From: an uncultured Negativicutes bacterium
Lineage (GTDB): Bacteria; Bacillota; Negativicutes; JBAXTZ01
Length of the DNA stretch: 64,000 nucleotides
Assembly: GCA_963721525.1 (NCBI GenBank)
Contig: CAVRJL010000008.1
Coordinates: 19,196 to 83,195, forward strand
Direction of reading: 5' to 3'
Positions 45,945 through 55,643 of the stretch are shown here, piece by piece. Positions within the stretch are counted from its first letter, which is position 1. Each line of letters starts with the position of its first letter. Below the pieces are notes generated by a model. That model did no database searches. It was not told the DNA's origin and saw only the letters and a list, made by a program, of their open reading frames with translations. Both the position numbers and the translations under genes were made by a program.

Positions 45945-47694
45945 GATTAACATCTATAATCCATTTATCTAAACCGCAATCCCAAATTCTATCCCATCCA
46001 TTTTCCAGCATGTTTTCATATTCAGTTTTGTTCTCATCATATAAATTAAATTTTTCTTTTATACTTTCTTTTTTAAAATTTGATTTATGAAATCTTTCTG
46101 GCTTATTACATAAGTACCAATAGCTTGGAGGAACAGAATAAGCAAAACTAAAACCAATTTTTTTATATAAATTTCCAGTACTCCATCTTTTATCAGAAAA
46201 ACTTATTATTGATTTTGGATTATAATCTTTAATAAATCTTTTTATAAATTTAGAAGCAACCCCCATAACTATTCCATTTGACGCAAATCTACTGAGCTCC
46301 CAAACTTCTTCTGAATTTTCACCAGAAATTCTCGGTTTAGAAAAAGTCATAACTCCTAATAATTTATCATCAATAAAACAACCATAGTTTATAGAACTTG
46401 TATTTTCTCCTTGTAAATGATATAAATTTAAAAAATCATTTTTTGTTTTTGATTCAATTTCTTTTATTATAGTATTCCTAGCAAAGTATTTGTTTTCAAC
46501 AATTCCAAGTATACTTTTTATTCTATTTTTTACTATTTCTTGTTTGTTTATCCATTCATCTTCAAAAATATGATATAAAATTATTCCTTCTTTTAAAGCT
46601 TGATTTGTTTTATCTAAATGATAAGAATATCCAAATCCTCTTTCTGCTAATTCTTGCTGAGAATGCCAATAAAGTCCATCATATTCGAAACCTATATTTT
46701 TTGATTTTACTAGTATATCAATATGCTTTTTATTTTCCATGACGTATTTTTGTGTTTCGAAACCAAGCGACTGAATAAATTCTTTTACTTCATTTTCTGA
46801 TTTTGATATAGATGAAATATAATGTTTATAACATCCATTTGTTAAAAATAAATGTCTATTTGAATGTAGTTCAAAACTATCTCCACAGTGACATCTAATG
46901 CTTATTGGATAAATAATATTTGTAAATAATTCATTGTCAGCATAATCATCTAATAGCATCATTCCTTTGTTTTTTAAATAATTTTTAAAATCAAGTAATG
47001 TTCTTGTATTATGATTTACAAATGCTTTATTATATTTTTCTCCATATCTTTTTAATAATGTTATTTTTGCTTTTTCTCGTATATCTTTATTCTGTATTGG
47101 AGTATCTACCCCATATCTAATTTGATTTGTAATCTTTATTTTTTCAAAGTTATTTTTGTTACCATATTTTTCAATTTTAGTTGCTATTGCTCTATCTATT
47201 AATTCTTTTGAAGAACCTGGATTAGCAACACCAAATTTTTCAATCATACCGTTTTCTTTTACTTCCTTGCTTTTTAATATATTAGAAACTCCATAATTTT
47301 TTAATGTAGTTTCTTCTTTTTTCTTTTTTATATCTGGATTTTGAGATGGATTATCATACCCTGTTTTTTCTTTATATCTCTGTTTTTTTAACTCTTCAGT
47401 AGTAATAAATGAATTTTCTGTAAGCGGTAAAGAAAAATAGCATACTCGTCTTCTTTCAGAAACTCCAGAAATAGAAGAAACAAAATGAATATAATGCGTC
47501 TTTTTTATCTGAAAAATAAAATATCCATCTTTGATGTATTCATCATATTCAAAAAAATTTCCTTCGTTATCTTCCACTTTTATTATCAAATTGTTCATAA
47601 TTTTACCTTTATATATGATGTGATAATAAAGCATTTTTATTATTTTGTCAAGATAAATTAGGAGTAAAAATATGACAACAGACAATAATGGCAT
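45925..47694 (-). CDS. large free-standing homing endonuclease (Hef/Vsr-like)
   Basis: repeated KYG..NP motifs (GYDNPSQNPDIKKKKEET, NYGVSNILKSKEVK), IDILVKSKNIGFEYDGLYWHS core; real start likely internal (MNNLIIKVEDNEG). Confidence 0.75.
   Translation of the reverse strand: MPLLSVVIFLLLIYLDKIIKMLYYHIIYKGKIMNNLIIKVEDNEGNFFEYDEYIKDGYFIFQIKKTHYIHFVSSISGVSERRRVCYFSLPLTENSFITTEELKKQRYKEKTGYDNPSQNPDIKKKKEETTLKNYGVSNILKSKEVKENGMIEKFGVANPGSSKELIDRAIATKIEKYGNKNNFEKIKITNQIRYGVDTPIQNKDIREKAKITLLKRYGEKYNKAFVNHNTRTLLDFKNYLKNKGMMLLDDYADNELFTNIIYPISIRCHCGDSFELHSNRHLFLTNGCYKHYISSISKSENEVKEFIQSLGFETQKYVMENKKHIDILVKSKNIGFEYDGLYWHSQQELAERGFGYSYHLDKTNQALKEGIILYHIFEDEWINKQEIVKNRIKSILGIVENKYFARNTIIKEIESKTKNDFLNLYHLQGENTSSINYGCFIDDKLLGVMTFSKPRISGENSEEVWELSRFASNGIVMGVASKFIKRFIKDYNPKSIISFSDKRWSTGNLYKKIGFSFAYSVPPSYWYLCNKPERFHKSNFKKESIKEKFNLYDENKTEYENMLENGWDRIWDCGLDKWIIDVNQKKGTI
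47623..47651 (-). promoter_or_regulatory. sigma70-type promoter
   Basis: TTGACA-17-TATTAT. Confidence 0.7.
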
Positions 47695-48136
47695 TGAACA
47701 TGGGCTAAAAAGAAGTTATAAATGGCCCAATGTAATGAAAGCATTTTTGAAAAAAAATCCTGCTTGTGCCGTTTGTGGTAAGGCTGATGCGGTAAATGTC
47801 CATCACATAGCTCCATTTGAATTTATTGTAAATTTTGGAAGACCGGAATTAGAACTTGATGAAAGAAATCTTATTACTCTTTGCGAAGCAGAGAGTGGCA
47901 AACCAGAAGAAAATCATCATCTTTGGGTAGGTCATGGAGGAGATTTCAAAAAAGTAAATATAAGTGTTCGTGAAGATGCTCAAAAATATAATGGGCAAAC
48001 GCTACAACAACTAAAAGAAGATAAAGAATTTATGGAAGATATAACTGATAATTCACTTCCACCAATAGATAAGCTAACACCGGAACAAAACTCAAAGTTT
48101 TTAGATTGGCTGAACAAAACTTATCCCAAAAATTGA
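47672..48136 (+). CDS. HNH endonuclease
   Basis: NPACAVCGKADAVNVHHIAPFEF..LDERNLITLCE..NHHLWVGHGG. Confidence 0.82.
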   Translation: MTTDNNGIEHGLKRSYKWPNVMKAFLKKNPACAVCGKADAVNVHHIAPFEFIVNFGRPELELDERNLITLCEAESGKPEENHHLWVGHGGDFKKVNISVREDAQKYNGQTLQQLKEDKEFMEDITDNSLPPIDKLTPEQNSKFLDWLNKTYPKN

Positions 48137-48194
48137 TTTTTTCTGATACCACATTTTTTTATATTTTATATAAAACATCAGCATAATAAAAAAA

Positions 48195-48214
48195 TGGCAC
48201 CTATTCAGGTGCCA
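48195..48214. terminator. hairpin terminator between convergent genes
   Basis: TGGCACCTATTCAGGTGCCA followed by T-rich sequence. Confidence 0.7.
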
Positions 48215-48221
48215 TTAATTT

Positions 48222-48653
48222 TTACATTATTTTCACTTTTCTTCTTTGCTCTTCCTCTCTTGCTGGAATTTTTATTGTAAGAATTCCATTAGCAAGATTA
48301 GCTTCTACTCTGTTCTGATCGTATTTATCAGATGGAACATAGTAACGAAAATTCACATCTTGTTTTCTTATACCACTGTGAATAATTTTGAATTTGTTTT
48401 GAATACTTTGCGCTTTAGTAGTCATTTTCAAAACTAAATAATCACCAGAAAAAGTGATATCCAAATCTTCATTTGAATAACCTGCTACAGCGAAATCAAA
48501 AATCATATCTTTGGTTTCTGTATTCAGTTTCACATCAACTGGCGGAAACGATGGCACAGTATACCAATCGCTATTCAAATCTAGTAAACTAGAAGAACCA
48601 AGCCACATCTTATTGAATACATCAATAAGACCCAACATCCCATCATTACCCAT
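48222..48653 (-). CDS. Hsp20/IbpA-like small heat shock protein
   Basis: FPPVDVKLNTETKDMIFDFAVAGYSNEDLDITFSGDYLVLK..FRYYVPSDKYDQNRVEANLANGILTIKIP. Confidence 0.88.
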   Translation of the reverse strand: MGNDGMLGLIDVFNKMWLGSSSLLDLNSDWYTVPSFPPVDVKLNTETKDMIFDFAVAGYSNEDLDITFSGDYLVLKMTTKAQSIQNKFKIIHSGIRKQDVNFRYYVPSDKYDQNRVEANLANGILTIKIPAREEEQRRKVKIM

Positions 48654-48733
48654 AATATCCTCCTTGAGGTATCAATCCATTTCTCTTCGAAACTGGTAGA
48701 TCCTCTTTGATACTTATTTATATTTACAACTAT

Positions 48734-49198
48734 TTATGAAATCTGATTTTTAAAAGCTTCTCCGTGCGTTTTAGAAGAATATCCTTTTCTCAAATCTTTT
48801 GATGCTACAAAAAAACGTTTTAATATATCATATGCCACATTTCCTGGATTTCTATCTAAATCATTATCGTTTATTTCACCATCAATATATTTCATTAAAC
48901 ATTCATACGCTTTTTTATAATCTGCTTGTGTATAGTTTTTTCTTGTTTCATTAGCCAATTGAGTTCTATTGGCATAAGAACCTTTTCTTGAACCGTATCT
49001 CTTATAATAGTCAGTTGTCCACATACTCATAAATCCGTAGAATTGACTGAAACTCATTGTTTTCCAAAAGCGTCTATTTATTATATGTTTATACCCTGGT
49101 ATTACTTCTTCGATTTCATTTGGATTTTTGAGTTTCTTTGGATCAATCTTTACTCGTGCTTCATATAAATATGACAGTACATTTTCTTTGAAGTTCAT
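48734..49198 (-). CDS. hypothetical protein with FKENVLSYLYEA N-terminus
   Basis: 154-aa ORF. Confidence 0.6.
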   Translation of the reverse strand: MNFKENVLSYLYEARVKIDPKKLKNPNEIEEVIPGYKHIINRRFWKTMSFSQFYGFMSMWTTDYYKRYGSRKGSYANRTQLANETRKNYTQADYKKAYECLMKYIDGEINDNDLDRNPGNVAYDILKRFFVASKDLRKGYSSKTHGEAFKNQIS

Positions 49199-49617
49199 TG
49201 AGGCACCTTGTTTTTTAAATTTCCATACCGTTGAAAACTATCTGTTGGATAAACTGCCTGTGCGTTTGGATTAGCAGAAACATTAGTTGGAGCTTTATAT
49301 TCTCCTCCATTATTATCAACACCACTATAAGTAAATGTCTGTCTCTTGCCTGATGTTCCATAAACAGCCGTAAACATAACATTACTTCCATCAATTGCGA
49401 TTGATAGCTGCTCAGGTGCTACTTCAAACCATCCAGTTTTGTTTAAATCATTAAGAAGTTTAGCTATTATTTTCTGCGCTTGTTCTGGTTGGAAACCTTT
49501 ACTCATTATTTTTTGTTTTATGGAAACAGCAAAACGAGCTATATCATCTTTTCCTTTGAAGGTTTCTTTATCTATTACATCTTCATTTACAAAACAAATT
49601 GCTTCTTGTATTTTCAT
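49195..49617 (-). CDS. hypothetical protein
   Basis: 140-aa ORF. Confidence 0.6.
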   Translation of the reverse strand: MKIQEAICFVNEDVIDKETFKGKDDIARFAVSIKQKIMSKGFQPEQAQKIIAKLLNDLNKTGWFEVAPEQLSIAIDGSNVMFTAVYGTSGKRQTFTYSGVDNNGGEYKAPTNVSANPNAQAVYPTDSFQRYGNLKNKVPQ

Positions 49618-49632
49618 ACTTTTATCTTTCCT

Positions 49633-49800
49633 TTAAGCAGTAGAACTTTCTTGTTTATCACGAACATCAAAATTACAAGGATCATCTTTACCCCAATCAA
49701 CCCCTTGTTGCTTCGTTGGAACTATTTTACTTCTTTTTTTCTTTATGACTTTTGGTTTATCACCTTTTATATCTGAAAAAACTTGTCTTATTGTTGACAT
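49633..49800 (-). CDS. small Lys-rich protein with GVDW motif (55 aa), missing from ORF track
   Basis: MSTIRQVFSDIKGDKPKVIKKKRSKIVPTKQQGVDWGKDDPCNFDVRDKQESSTA*. Confidence 0.6.
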   Translation of the reverse strand: MSTIRQVFSDIKGDKPKVIKKKRSKIVPTKQQGVDWGKDDPCNFDVRDKQESSTA

Positions 49801-50021
49801 TACATTGTGTCCCGTAAATCATTATAAATTTTTACACCGCTATCCCAATCAATTCCAGGTTGTATTTTTTTCTTCTTTTTCTTCTTTGCTTGAGTTTCTT
49901 CCATAAATCTTTGCGGGTCTACACTCAACGCGCTTTCCCAATCAACGCCAGTATTATATACTTTTTTATTTTTAATTAATTTTTTCTTTTTCATATCCTT
50001 GAATACTTCATTAATTGTCAT
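49800..50021 (-). CDS. small Lys-rich protein with two G[VI]DW motifs
   Basis: NTGVDWESA.., QPGIDWDSG. Confidence 0.6.
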   Translation of the reverse strand: MTINEVFKDMKKKKLIKNKKVYNTGVDWESALSVDPQRFMEETQAKKKKKKKIQPGIDWDSGVKIYNDLRDTM

Positions 50022-50023
50022 TT

Positions 50024-50569
50024 TTAGTATCCATAATGCGTAGGTTCTGGATCTTCAACAGAAAGGCTTACATCGTTATAATCTTGATATGTTGTTTTCT
50101 TGCTTCTGCGAGGTCTGTAATCACCAGTTTTCCCTTTATCTTTTACATTTTTATCAGCAAATCTTCCACCCTTCCCCTCTTTTTTCTTATCGAGGTTGAG
50201 AAATACTTGTAACTCTTCGTGGAGTTTTCCTTCTTTACCTAATTCAATTCTCATTTTCAAACTCTGTTCGAAATCTTGAACGGCTCGTGGGTTAGAAACA
50301 ATAATACTATAATCAGGATTATCTCTACCTGTTTTCTTTACTGCTGGATGATCTGATGTTCTTACCAATATGGCATCTTCTTGCTTTGGATATTTTCTTT
50401 TAGCCCTAACATAAAGAGAAAAGCCAGTTCCGCTATCATGCGTCATCATTTTACCAAATATATCATATTCATTATCGAAAAGTATATCTTCTACTTTTCT
50501 ATAAGTAGATCTTACGAGTGGTTCTTTGTTTTCTATTAAATACGACAGCACACGATCTTTAAATTTCAT
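50024..50569 (-). CDS. hypothetical protein with FKDRVLSYLIEN N-terminus
   Basis: 181-aa ORF. Confidence 0.6.
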   Translation of the reverse strand: MKFKDRVLSYLIENKEPLVRSTYRKVEDILFDNEYDIFGKMMTHDSGTGFSLYVRAKRKYPKQEDAILVRTSDHPAVKKTGRDNPDYSIIVSNPRAVQDFEQSLKMRIELGKEGKLHEELQVFLNLDKKKEGKGGRFADKNVKDKGKTGDYRPRRSKKTTYQDYNDVSLSVEDPEPTHYGY

Positions 50570-50581
50570 ATATTTACCTTT

Positions 50582-50773
50582 TCACACATCATATTGAGGA
50601 TATTGGTCTCTATCAGAACTATCTACTTTATAACTATAACCAGCATGAAAACCCTTACCAAAAATTTTATTGCCTTCAATAGCAACTTTCTTTTCTGTTT
50701 TTCCACCTTTCATTGCTTTTTTTAGAGTTTTATTTTTTATCTCACCTTGGGTAAGAACATCTTCTATTTTCAT
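50582..50773 (-). CDS. hypothetical protein
   Basis: 63-aa ORF. Confidence 0.5.
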   Translation of the reverse strand: MKIEDVLTQGEIKNKTLKKAMKGGKTEKKVAIEGNKIFGKGFHAGYSYKVDSSDRDQYPQYDV

Positions 50774-51582
50774 AGCATCTTCTTTTTTAACATTTTTTCA
50801 AATTTCTTCTTATTAAAAAGTTTTGAATTTTTTTCTACTCTATCAGAAAACTTTTCTTTTGATTTCTTGTTGCTTATTTTATTTATAGCCATTCCAACAG
50901 CATAGCTTACGCTGAGGACATACGCAGTTTTTAGTTGAACTATAAATCTATTTTGCTGATAGTCATAGGTATAATCAAAACAATTGGCAAGTTTTGCGTT
51001 TACATACTTTTGAAAATCCTTTGGAAGTAAATGCCCTAACCAAAGTTTTTCTTTATTCTTGTTTATTATATATTTCTTAAATTTGTCTGCTATATATCCA
51101 AAAAAATCATTTCTGCCTATATCAAACATTATTACTTTTGGTGGTTGAATTTTTAATCTAAATTCTTGGTCGAATTTTGAAATATAAGTTCTAGGGACTA
51201 TTCCATTTGTAGCATCAGAGAACCATTTATCAAATTCAAAAAAGAACTCACAAGTAAGAGTATCAAATTTCTTTAAAGTCATATACTTAGCATCAAACGG
51301 ATCTAAATTTTGTATAATGGCATCGTGAAGTGAAATCATATCTATTTGGCTTGCTCGTATTTGAATTCCTGCCATTACCATTTTCATTGGCTGCATTCTG
51401 ATAGTATATATTATTTTATAACCATCAAAAGTAGAACGAGAAAGAACAAAATTTAATACTATATCATTCTTTTCAAGTTTTATTTTTTGATCGGCTTGTT
51501 GTATAACATTAGTAAGAGTAGTCATTTGCTGAGCGATAAGAGGAGCTGTTTGTAATGGAGAAGAAATTGTATTATTCATCAT
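50770..51582 (-). CDS. hypothetical phage protein
   Basis: 270-aa ORF, overlaps next. Confidence 0.6.
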   Translation of the reverse strand: MMNNTISSPLQTAPLIAQQMTTLTNVIQQADQKIKLEKNDIVLNFVLSRSTFDGYKIIYTIRMQPMKMVMAGIQIRASQIDMISLHDAIIQNLDPFDAKYMTLKKFDTLTCEFFFEFDKWFSDATNGIVPRTYISKFDQEFRLKIQPPKVIMFDIGRNDFFGYIADKFKKYIINKNKEKLWLGHLLPKDFQKYVNAKLANCFDYTYDYQQNRFIVQLKTAYVLSVSYAVGMAINKISNKKSKEKFSDRVEKNSKLFNKKKFEKMLKKKML

Positions 51583-53260
51583 TCTCCTCAGTTTCTTCTG
51601 GCTCTTCTCCTATTTTTTTAGAAATTTTACGAGCTTCAAGAGTTTTTCTGCCAAGTATCTGACGTAATAAATCATGATGAATTTCTACTATATCACCATC
51701 ACCTTGGTCTCTCATCTTTTGAGCTAATTCACGAGCAGATTTCTTGTTACTTTCAAGTTCTGTTTCATCTTCAAGTTCTTTGGAAGCCCAATCTCTAAGT
51801 TTATCTTCATAATCCTTTTCAGAAATATGCTCTTGCTTACTTGCTTCTCTGCTCTTTAATTCTTGAAGTTCAGCTTGAGTTTTGAATAAATCAGATGGGT
51901 CTTTCAACTCGCTAACAGTAATAACATTATTTATTAACCTAAATTTCTTTAAACGAGCCAAATCTTCTGCTGAAATAATAGTAGCGAGTTTTCTTTCAAA
52001 ACGTTTTATTTCATTTTCTATTTCGCGCTCTGCGTCTTGTAATTCTTGAGGACGCTCATAATATTTTGGTTCAGAAAAATCTTCTTCTTTATATTTTTGA
52101 TAGTAGTGACTTTCATCACCAGAGTATTCCGAAGGAGCAGTTGGAAGTTTATGCCAAATTTTTCCTTCTTTATCATTAAAATCAATAGTTTTCCTCATTT
52201 CAACAAATTGCTTCATAAGTTCTGCTTTTCTTTCTTTAGCGTCTGATACGAGTTCATCTATCACTTTCTCATAGGTTTTCTTATAAACAGTTTCACTTGT
52301 TCCAGCCTTGAAACTCTCTCGAATAGAACGACGAAGAAGATATCTATCAAAAGCTATAACAAAACTACCTTTTTTTTCTCCAGATTCTTTTTTACCTTCA
52401 TCTTCTTTTGCTATACCTTTATCTCTAAGCTGATGCTGACGTTGAACCGTTGATAGAACTTCTGCTGGAGAAAGTTTTGAGTTTTCTCCAGAAGCATAAG
52501 AAGAAAGTCCTTTATAATTTCTCATTAATTCTTCATATGTTGATTTTAAAGCATCAAGCGTGTAACCACCAAAATCTTTTTCACCAACTTGATAAGAAGA
52601 ATACACTTTTTCAAGTATACCACTATCAAGGTCTTTTCCATTTATTAATTTTTGTTTTTCACTTTGTAAGTTTTGTATATTACTTTCTAAATCTCTAAGT
52701 TTTGTTTGAAGAGCATTTGATTTATCAAAAAAGACACCACGACGAGTTATTTTTCGTCTTCCACTTTCAAGAGCAGAACCGAACTCTTCTTTATTCATTC
52801 CAGTAACATCAGTAGAAGTAAGAGATTTATTTTTTCTTATTATCCTTTTTATAAGTTGATAAGGAGCAAGCACATTTACACGAAAATGATTTATTTCTTT
52901 CGCTAAATCTTCTCCGTATTTATTCATTATATCAGCCATTACTTCTATTTGTTCTGGCGTCATTTTATAAACAGAAGCATTGTCTCCACTTCCACCTTTC
53001 AATCCTGCTTTTGCTCTTATTTTTTCTTTTGCTATAAGAGCTTCGCCTTTAGTTTCCATTGCTTTTTGTTTTATTTGTTTTGTTTTTTCAAGTAATCTAA
53101 AAGCAGACGAGTTTTTTAAAGAACTAAATACTTTTTTCTTAAAAGAAGCAAATGCCAAAAATGGAGAAATTGGAAAAAAGATACCCTCATTTATCATTTC
53201 TTCTTCAAGTAATACAGTATTAGTTTTTAGTGTTGTAACGACAGCATCTTGGAAATTCAT
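51572..53260 (-). CDS. large coiled-coil phage protein
   Basis: 562-aa ORF with long charged helices. Confidence 0.65.
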   Translation of the reverse strand: MNFQDAVVTTLKTNTVLLEEEMINEGIFFPISPFLAFASFKKKVFSSLKNSSAFRLLEKTKQIKQKAMETKGEALIAKEKIRAKAGLKGGSGDNASVYKMTPEQIEVMADIMNKYGEDLAKEINHFRVNVLAPYQLIKRIIRKNKSLTSTDVTGMNKEEFGSALESGRRKITRRGVFFDKSNALQTKLRDLESNIQNLQSEKQKLINGKDLDSGILEKVYSSYQVGEKDFGGYTLDALKSTYEELMRNYKGLSSYASGENSKLSPAEVLSTVQRQHQLRDKGIAKEDEGKKESGEKKGSFVIAFDRYLLRRSIRESFKAGTSETVYKKTYEKVIDELVSDAKERKAELMKQFVEMRKTIDFNDKEGKIWHKLPTAPSEYSGDESHYYQKYKEEDFSEPKYYERPQELQDAEREIENEIKRFERKLATIISAEDLARLKKFRLINNVITVSELKDPSDLFKTQAELQELKSREASKQEHISEKDYEDKLRDWASKELEDETELESNKKSARELAQKMRDQGDGDIVEIHHDLLRQILGRKTLEARKISKKIGEEPEETEENDE

Positions 53261-53282
53261 TAGAGCTCCGATATATTTATCT

Positions 53283-53849
53283 TTACTTTGTAATGTTCTC
53301 AGGAAGAATAAAACATTTGGGCGTCATACCAAGATTTATTATATCATTTTTTAATAGCGTTTCTGGGTCAAGGTCTACCTCGAAATGTAGGTGCGGTCCT
53401 GTTGACTTGCCAGTAGTTCCTACTAAACCTATTTTCTCTCCCCTTCTTATTCTTTGTCCTGCTTTTACAAAAACAGTTTTCATATGCCCGTAAAGAGAAT
53501 AAACACCTTGACCATGATATATTATTACTAAACCGCCAAAAAGAGGATCGCCATCAGACATAACTTCTTTACCATCAACTTTGCTTACTGCTCCTGGTGG
53601 AAGAAAAACAACCACTGCTGTTCCTTTTTCAATGGAAACCACATTCACATCAGCATCTACATTTTTTTCTATTAAATAAGGAACCATATCAATTCCACGA
53701 TGTAATCCATCAGTCATTCCACCCATTACTGATTTTCTCCAACCAAAGGAAGAAGCTATGTCATACCCTCCTGGTAATGGAGAAATAAAATTGAAGGCAA
53801 AAAGTTGTGTCGATAATGCTATTAATATACAAAATAGTATTTTCTTCAT
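53283..53849 (-). CDS. secreted M23-family endopeptidase
   Basis: signal-like N-terminus; SFGWRKSVMGGMTDGLHRGIDMV..VYSLYGHM..GEKIGLVGTTGKSTGPHLHFEV. Confidence 0.92.
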   Translation of the reverse strand: MKKILFCILIALSTQLFAFNFISPLPGGYDIASSFGWRKSVMGGMTDGLHRGIDMVPYLIEKNVDADVNVVSIEKGTAVVVFLPPGAVSKVDGKEVMSDGDPLFGGLVIIYHGQGVYSLYGHMKTVFVKAGQRIRRGEKIGLVGTTGKSTGPHLHFEVDLDPETLLKNDIINLGMTPKCFILPENITK

Positions 53850-53928
53850 TGTATTACCTTTGCTTTATATAACATCAAAGCCCGCTTTTTTGTATGTTTT
53901 CATTTCTTCTTTATTCATAGTTTTAACC

Positions 53929-55245
53929 TTACCATATGACTTCAAAACCAGCTTTTTGATATGTATCTCTTCTTATTACAGAATGACGATAGCAATACTT
54001 ATTATTCAAATCTTTGAAATCGTATACAAAAGCTACCATTTTACCCTTGTCTTTGCGCAAACTTCTGCCTAAACGTTGACTTGATTGGATGGAGCTTTTA
54101 CCACCAGAAGCTATTATCAACACTCTAATAACATTTATAGATATTCCTTCATTTAGAATAGAGGTTGCTATTATACAAGACACTTCTCTATTTTCAAATT
54201 TTTCTATTATATCTATTCTCTCTCTATTATCATCTATTCCAGATAAAAAAACAGAACCTGGAATAGCATCACGTAAAGCTTCTCCGTGCTCTATATTTTT
54301 TACTAATACTAATGTTGGCTCTTTATATTTTTCTATTATATCACATATTATTTTATTTCTTTTTTTATTATACATTATACATTTATTATTAGCAGAAGGC
54401 CAATCAATAGTTGGTTCACACTCAACTTCCATAAATTTTATTATGGGTCTTGTTATTACATCATTTTCCATTAATTCTTTTGCTGTTGTTTCTGCCACAA
54501 CAGAACCAAAATGATGACGTATTTTTGAGTATTTATATTTATCATTTCCTTCTGGTGTTGCCGAAAAACCAAAACGAAGAGGATATGATGTTGCTTCAAA
54601 AAAAACTTGGAATTGTTTTGAACTGGCATTATGAAGTTCGTCAACGACAAGCATTTTATACTTATGTAAATCAGGTATTTTTTTTACTGATCCTATCGTT
54701 GCTACCATATTATATTCAAGTTTTATGCCAGAACCTGTTGCTATTCCGCAGTCAATACCAGATTTCATTATTCTTTGCTGTGTTTGATTAGCAAGTGTTA
54801 TTTTATTTACCAAAATAAGAGTAGGCAAGCCAGTTGCCTTCATTAGAGCTATAATAATTTCTGTTTTACCCCCGCCAGTAATTATTTTTACTATACCTGT
54901 ATTTACTTTGAGTAATGTTTTAAGCGCTTGTATTTGATGTTCCACATAAGGAAAAGATGGGTCGTAAAAAGAGCGAAGTTCATCATAACTCCATTCTTTT
55001 GATTGATGAGGAAACTTTGTTCTTTCATCTGTAATTTTAGTCACTGGAATTTTATTATTCCTACAAAAAATAGCTACTTCTTGTAAAAACCCAGAACGGC
55101 AAGCATATCTATCTTTTACTTTTTTTAGAAAACAAACATGCTTTATCATCCGAGCATTGTATGAACCTTTTATAAAAACCAACGAGTTATCATCAAAGGT
55201 TAATAGATTTTTTATCTGTGTTTCTTCATTTTTATTAGAAAACAA
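53929..55245 (-). CDS. SF2 helicase (UvsW-like)
   Basis: ITGGGKTEI, LVNKITLANQT, VVDELHNASSKQF, FGFSATPEG, QSSQRLGRSLRKDKGK. Confidence 0.9.
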   Translation of the reverse strand: MFSNKNEETQIKNLLTFDDNSLVFIKGSYNARMIKHVCFLKKVKDRYACRSGFLQEVAIFCRNNKIPVTKITDERTKFPHQSKEWSYDELRSFYDPSFPYVEHQIQALKTLLKVNTGIVKIITGGGKTEIIIALMKATGLPTLILVNKITLANQTQQRIMKSGIDCGIATGSGIKLEYNMVATIGSVKKIPDLHKYKMLVVDELHNASSKQFQVFFEATSYPLRFGFSATPEGNDKYKYSKIRHHFGSVVAETTAKELMENDVITRPIIKFMEVECEPTIDWPSANNKCIMYNKKRNKIICDIIEKYKEPTLVLVKNIEHGEALRDAIPGSVFLSGIDDNRERIDIIEKFENREVSCIIATSILNEGISINVIRVLIIASGGKSSIQSSQRLGRSLRKDKGKMVAFVYDFKDLNNKYCYRHSVIRRDTYQKAGFEVIW

Positions 55246-55287
55246 AAAAGATAAATATCAATCCGATACAGTTATTTCCATCAAACG

Positions 55288-55317
55288 ATTATACTATTTA
55301 TTTTACTTTTTTGTCAA
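55288..55317 (-). promoter_or_regulatory. sigma70-type promoter upstream of UvsW-like helicase
   Basis: TTGACA-18-TATAAT. Confidence 0.8.
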
Positions 55318-55639
55318 GCTTTTTAACTTTTCTTTTATTGTTAGTGTGTTCTCCAAGCTTAAATAATCCCACGGTTCCAACAATAAACCCAACCACCTTT
55401 GAGCCAAAGTCAAATAAATCACCAAGTTGATTTATACCTTTGTTTATTTTTTTTATATCTTTTGGAGATGATAATAAGTTTTTTTGAACCATCATAGGAA
55501 CAGTATCTATTTGTTTTGGAACAGATAGAGTAGGATTAGATTTTGCCATTTTGCTTACTATTAGATTATAAGCTACTGGTCCTCCTGCTATTAGAGCACC
55601 TAATACTACCAATCCAATAAATATAACTAATTTATTCAT
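55298..55639 (-). CDS. small membrane protein
   Basis: N-terminal and central hydrophobic segments. Confidence 0.5.
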   Translation of the reverse strand: MNKLVIFIGLVVLGALIAGGPVAYNLIVSKMAKSNPTLSVPKQIDTVPMMVQKNLLSSPKDIKKINKGINQLGDLFDFGSKVVGFIVGTVGLFKLGEHTNNKRKVKKLDKKVK

Positions 55640-55643
55640 ATTA

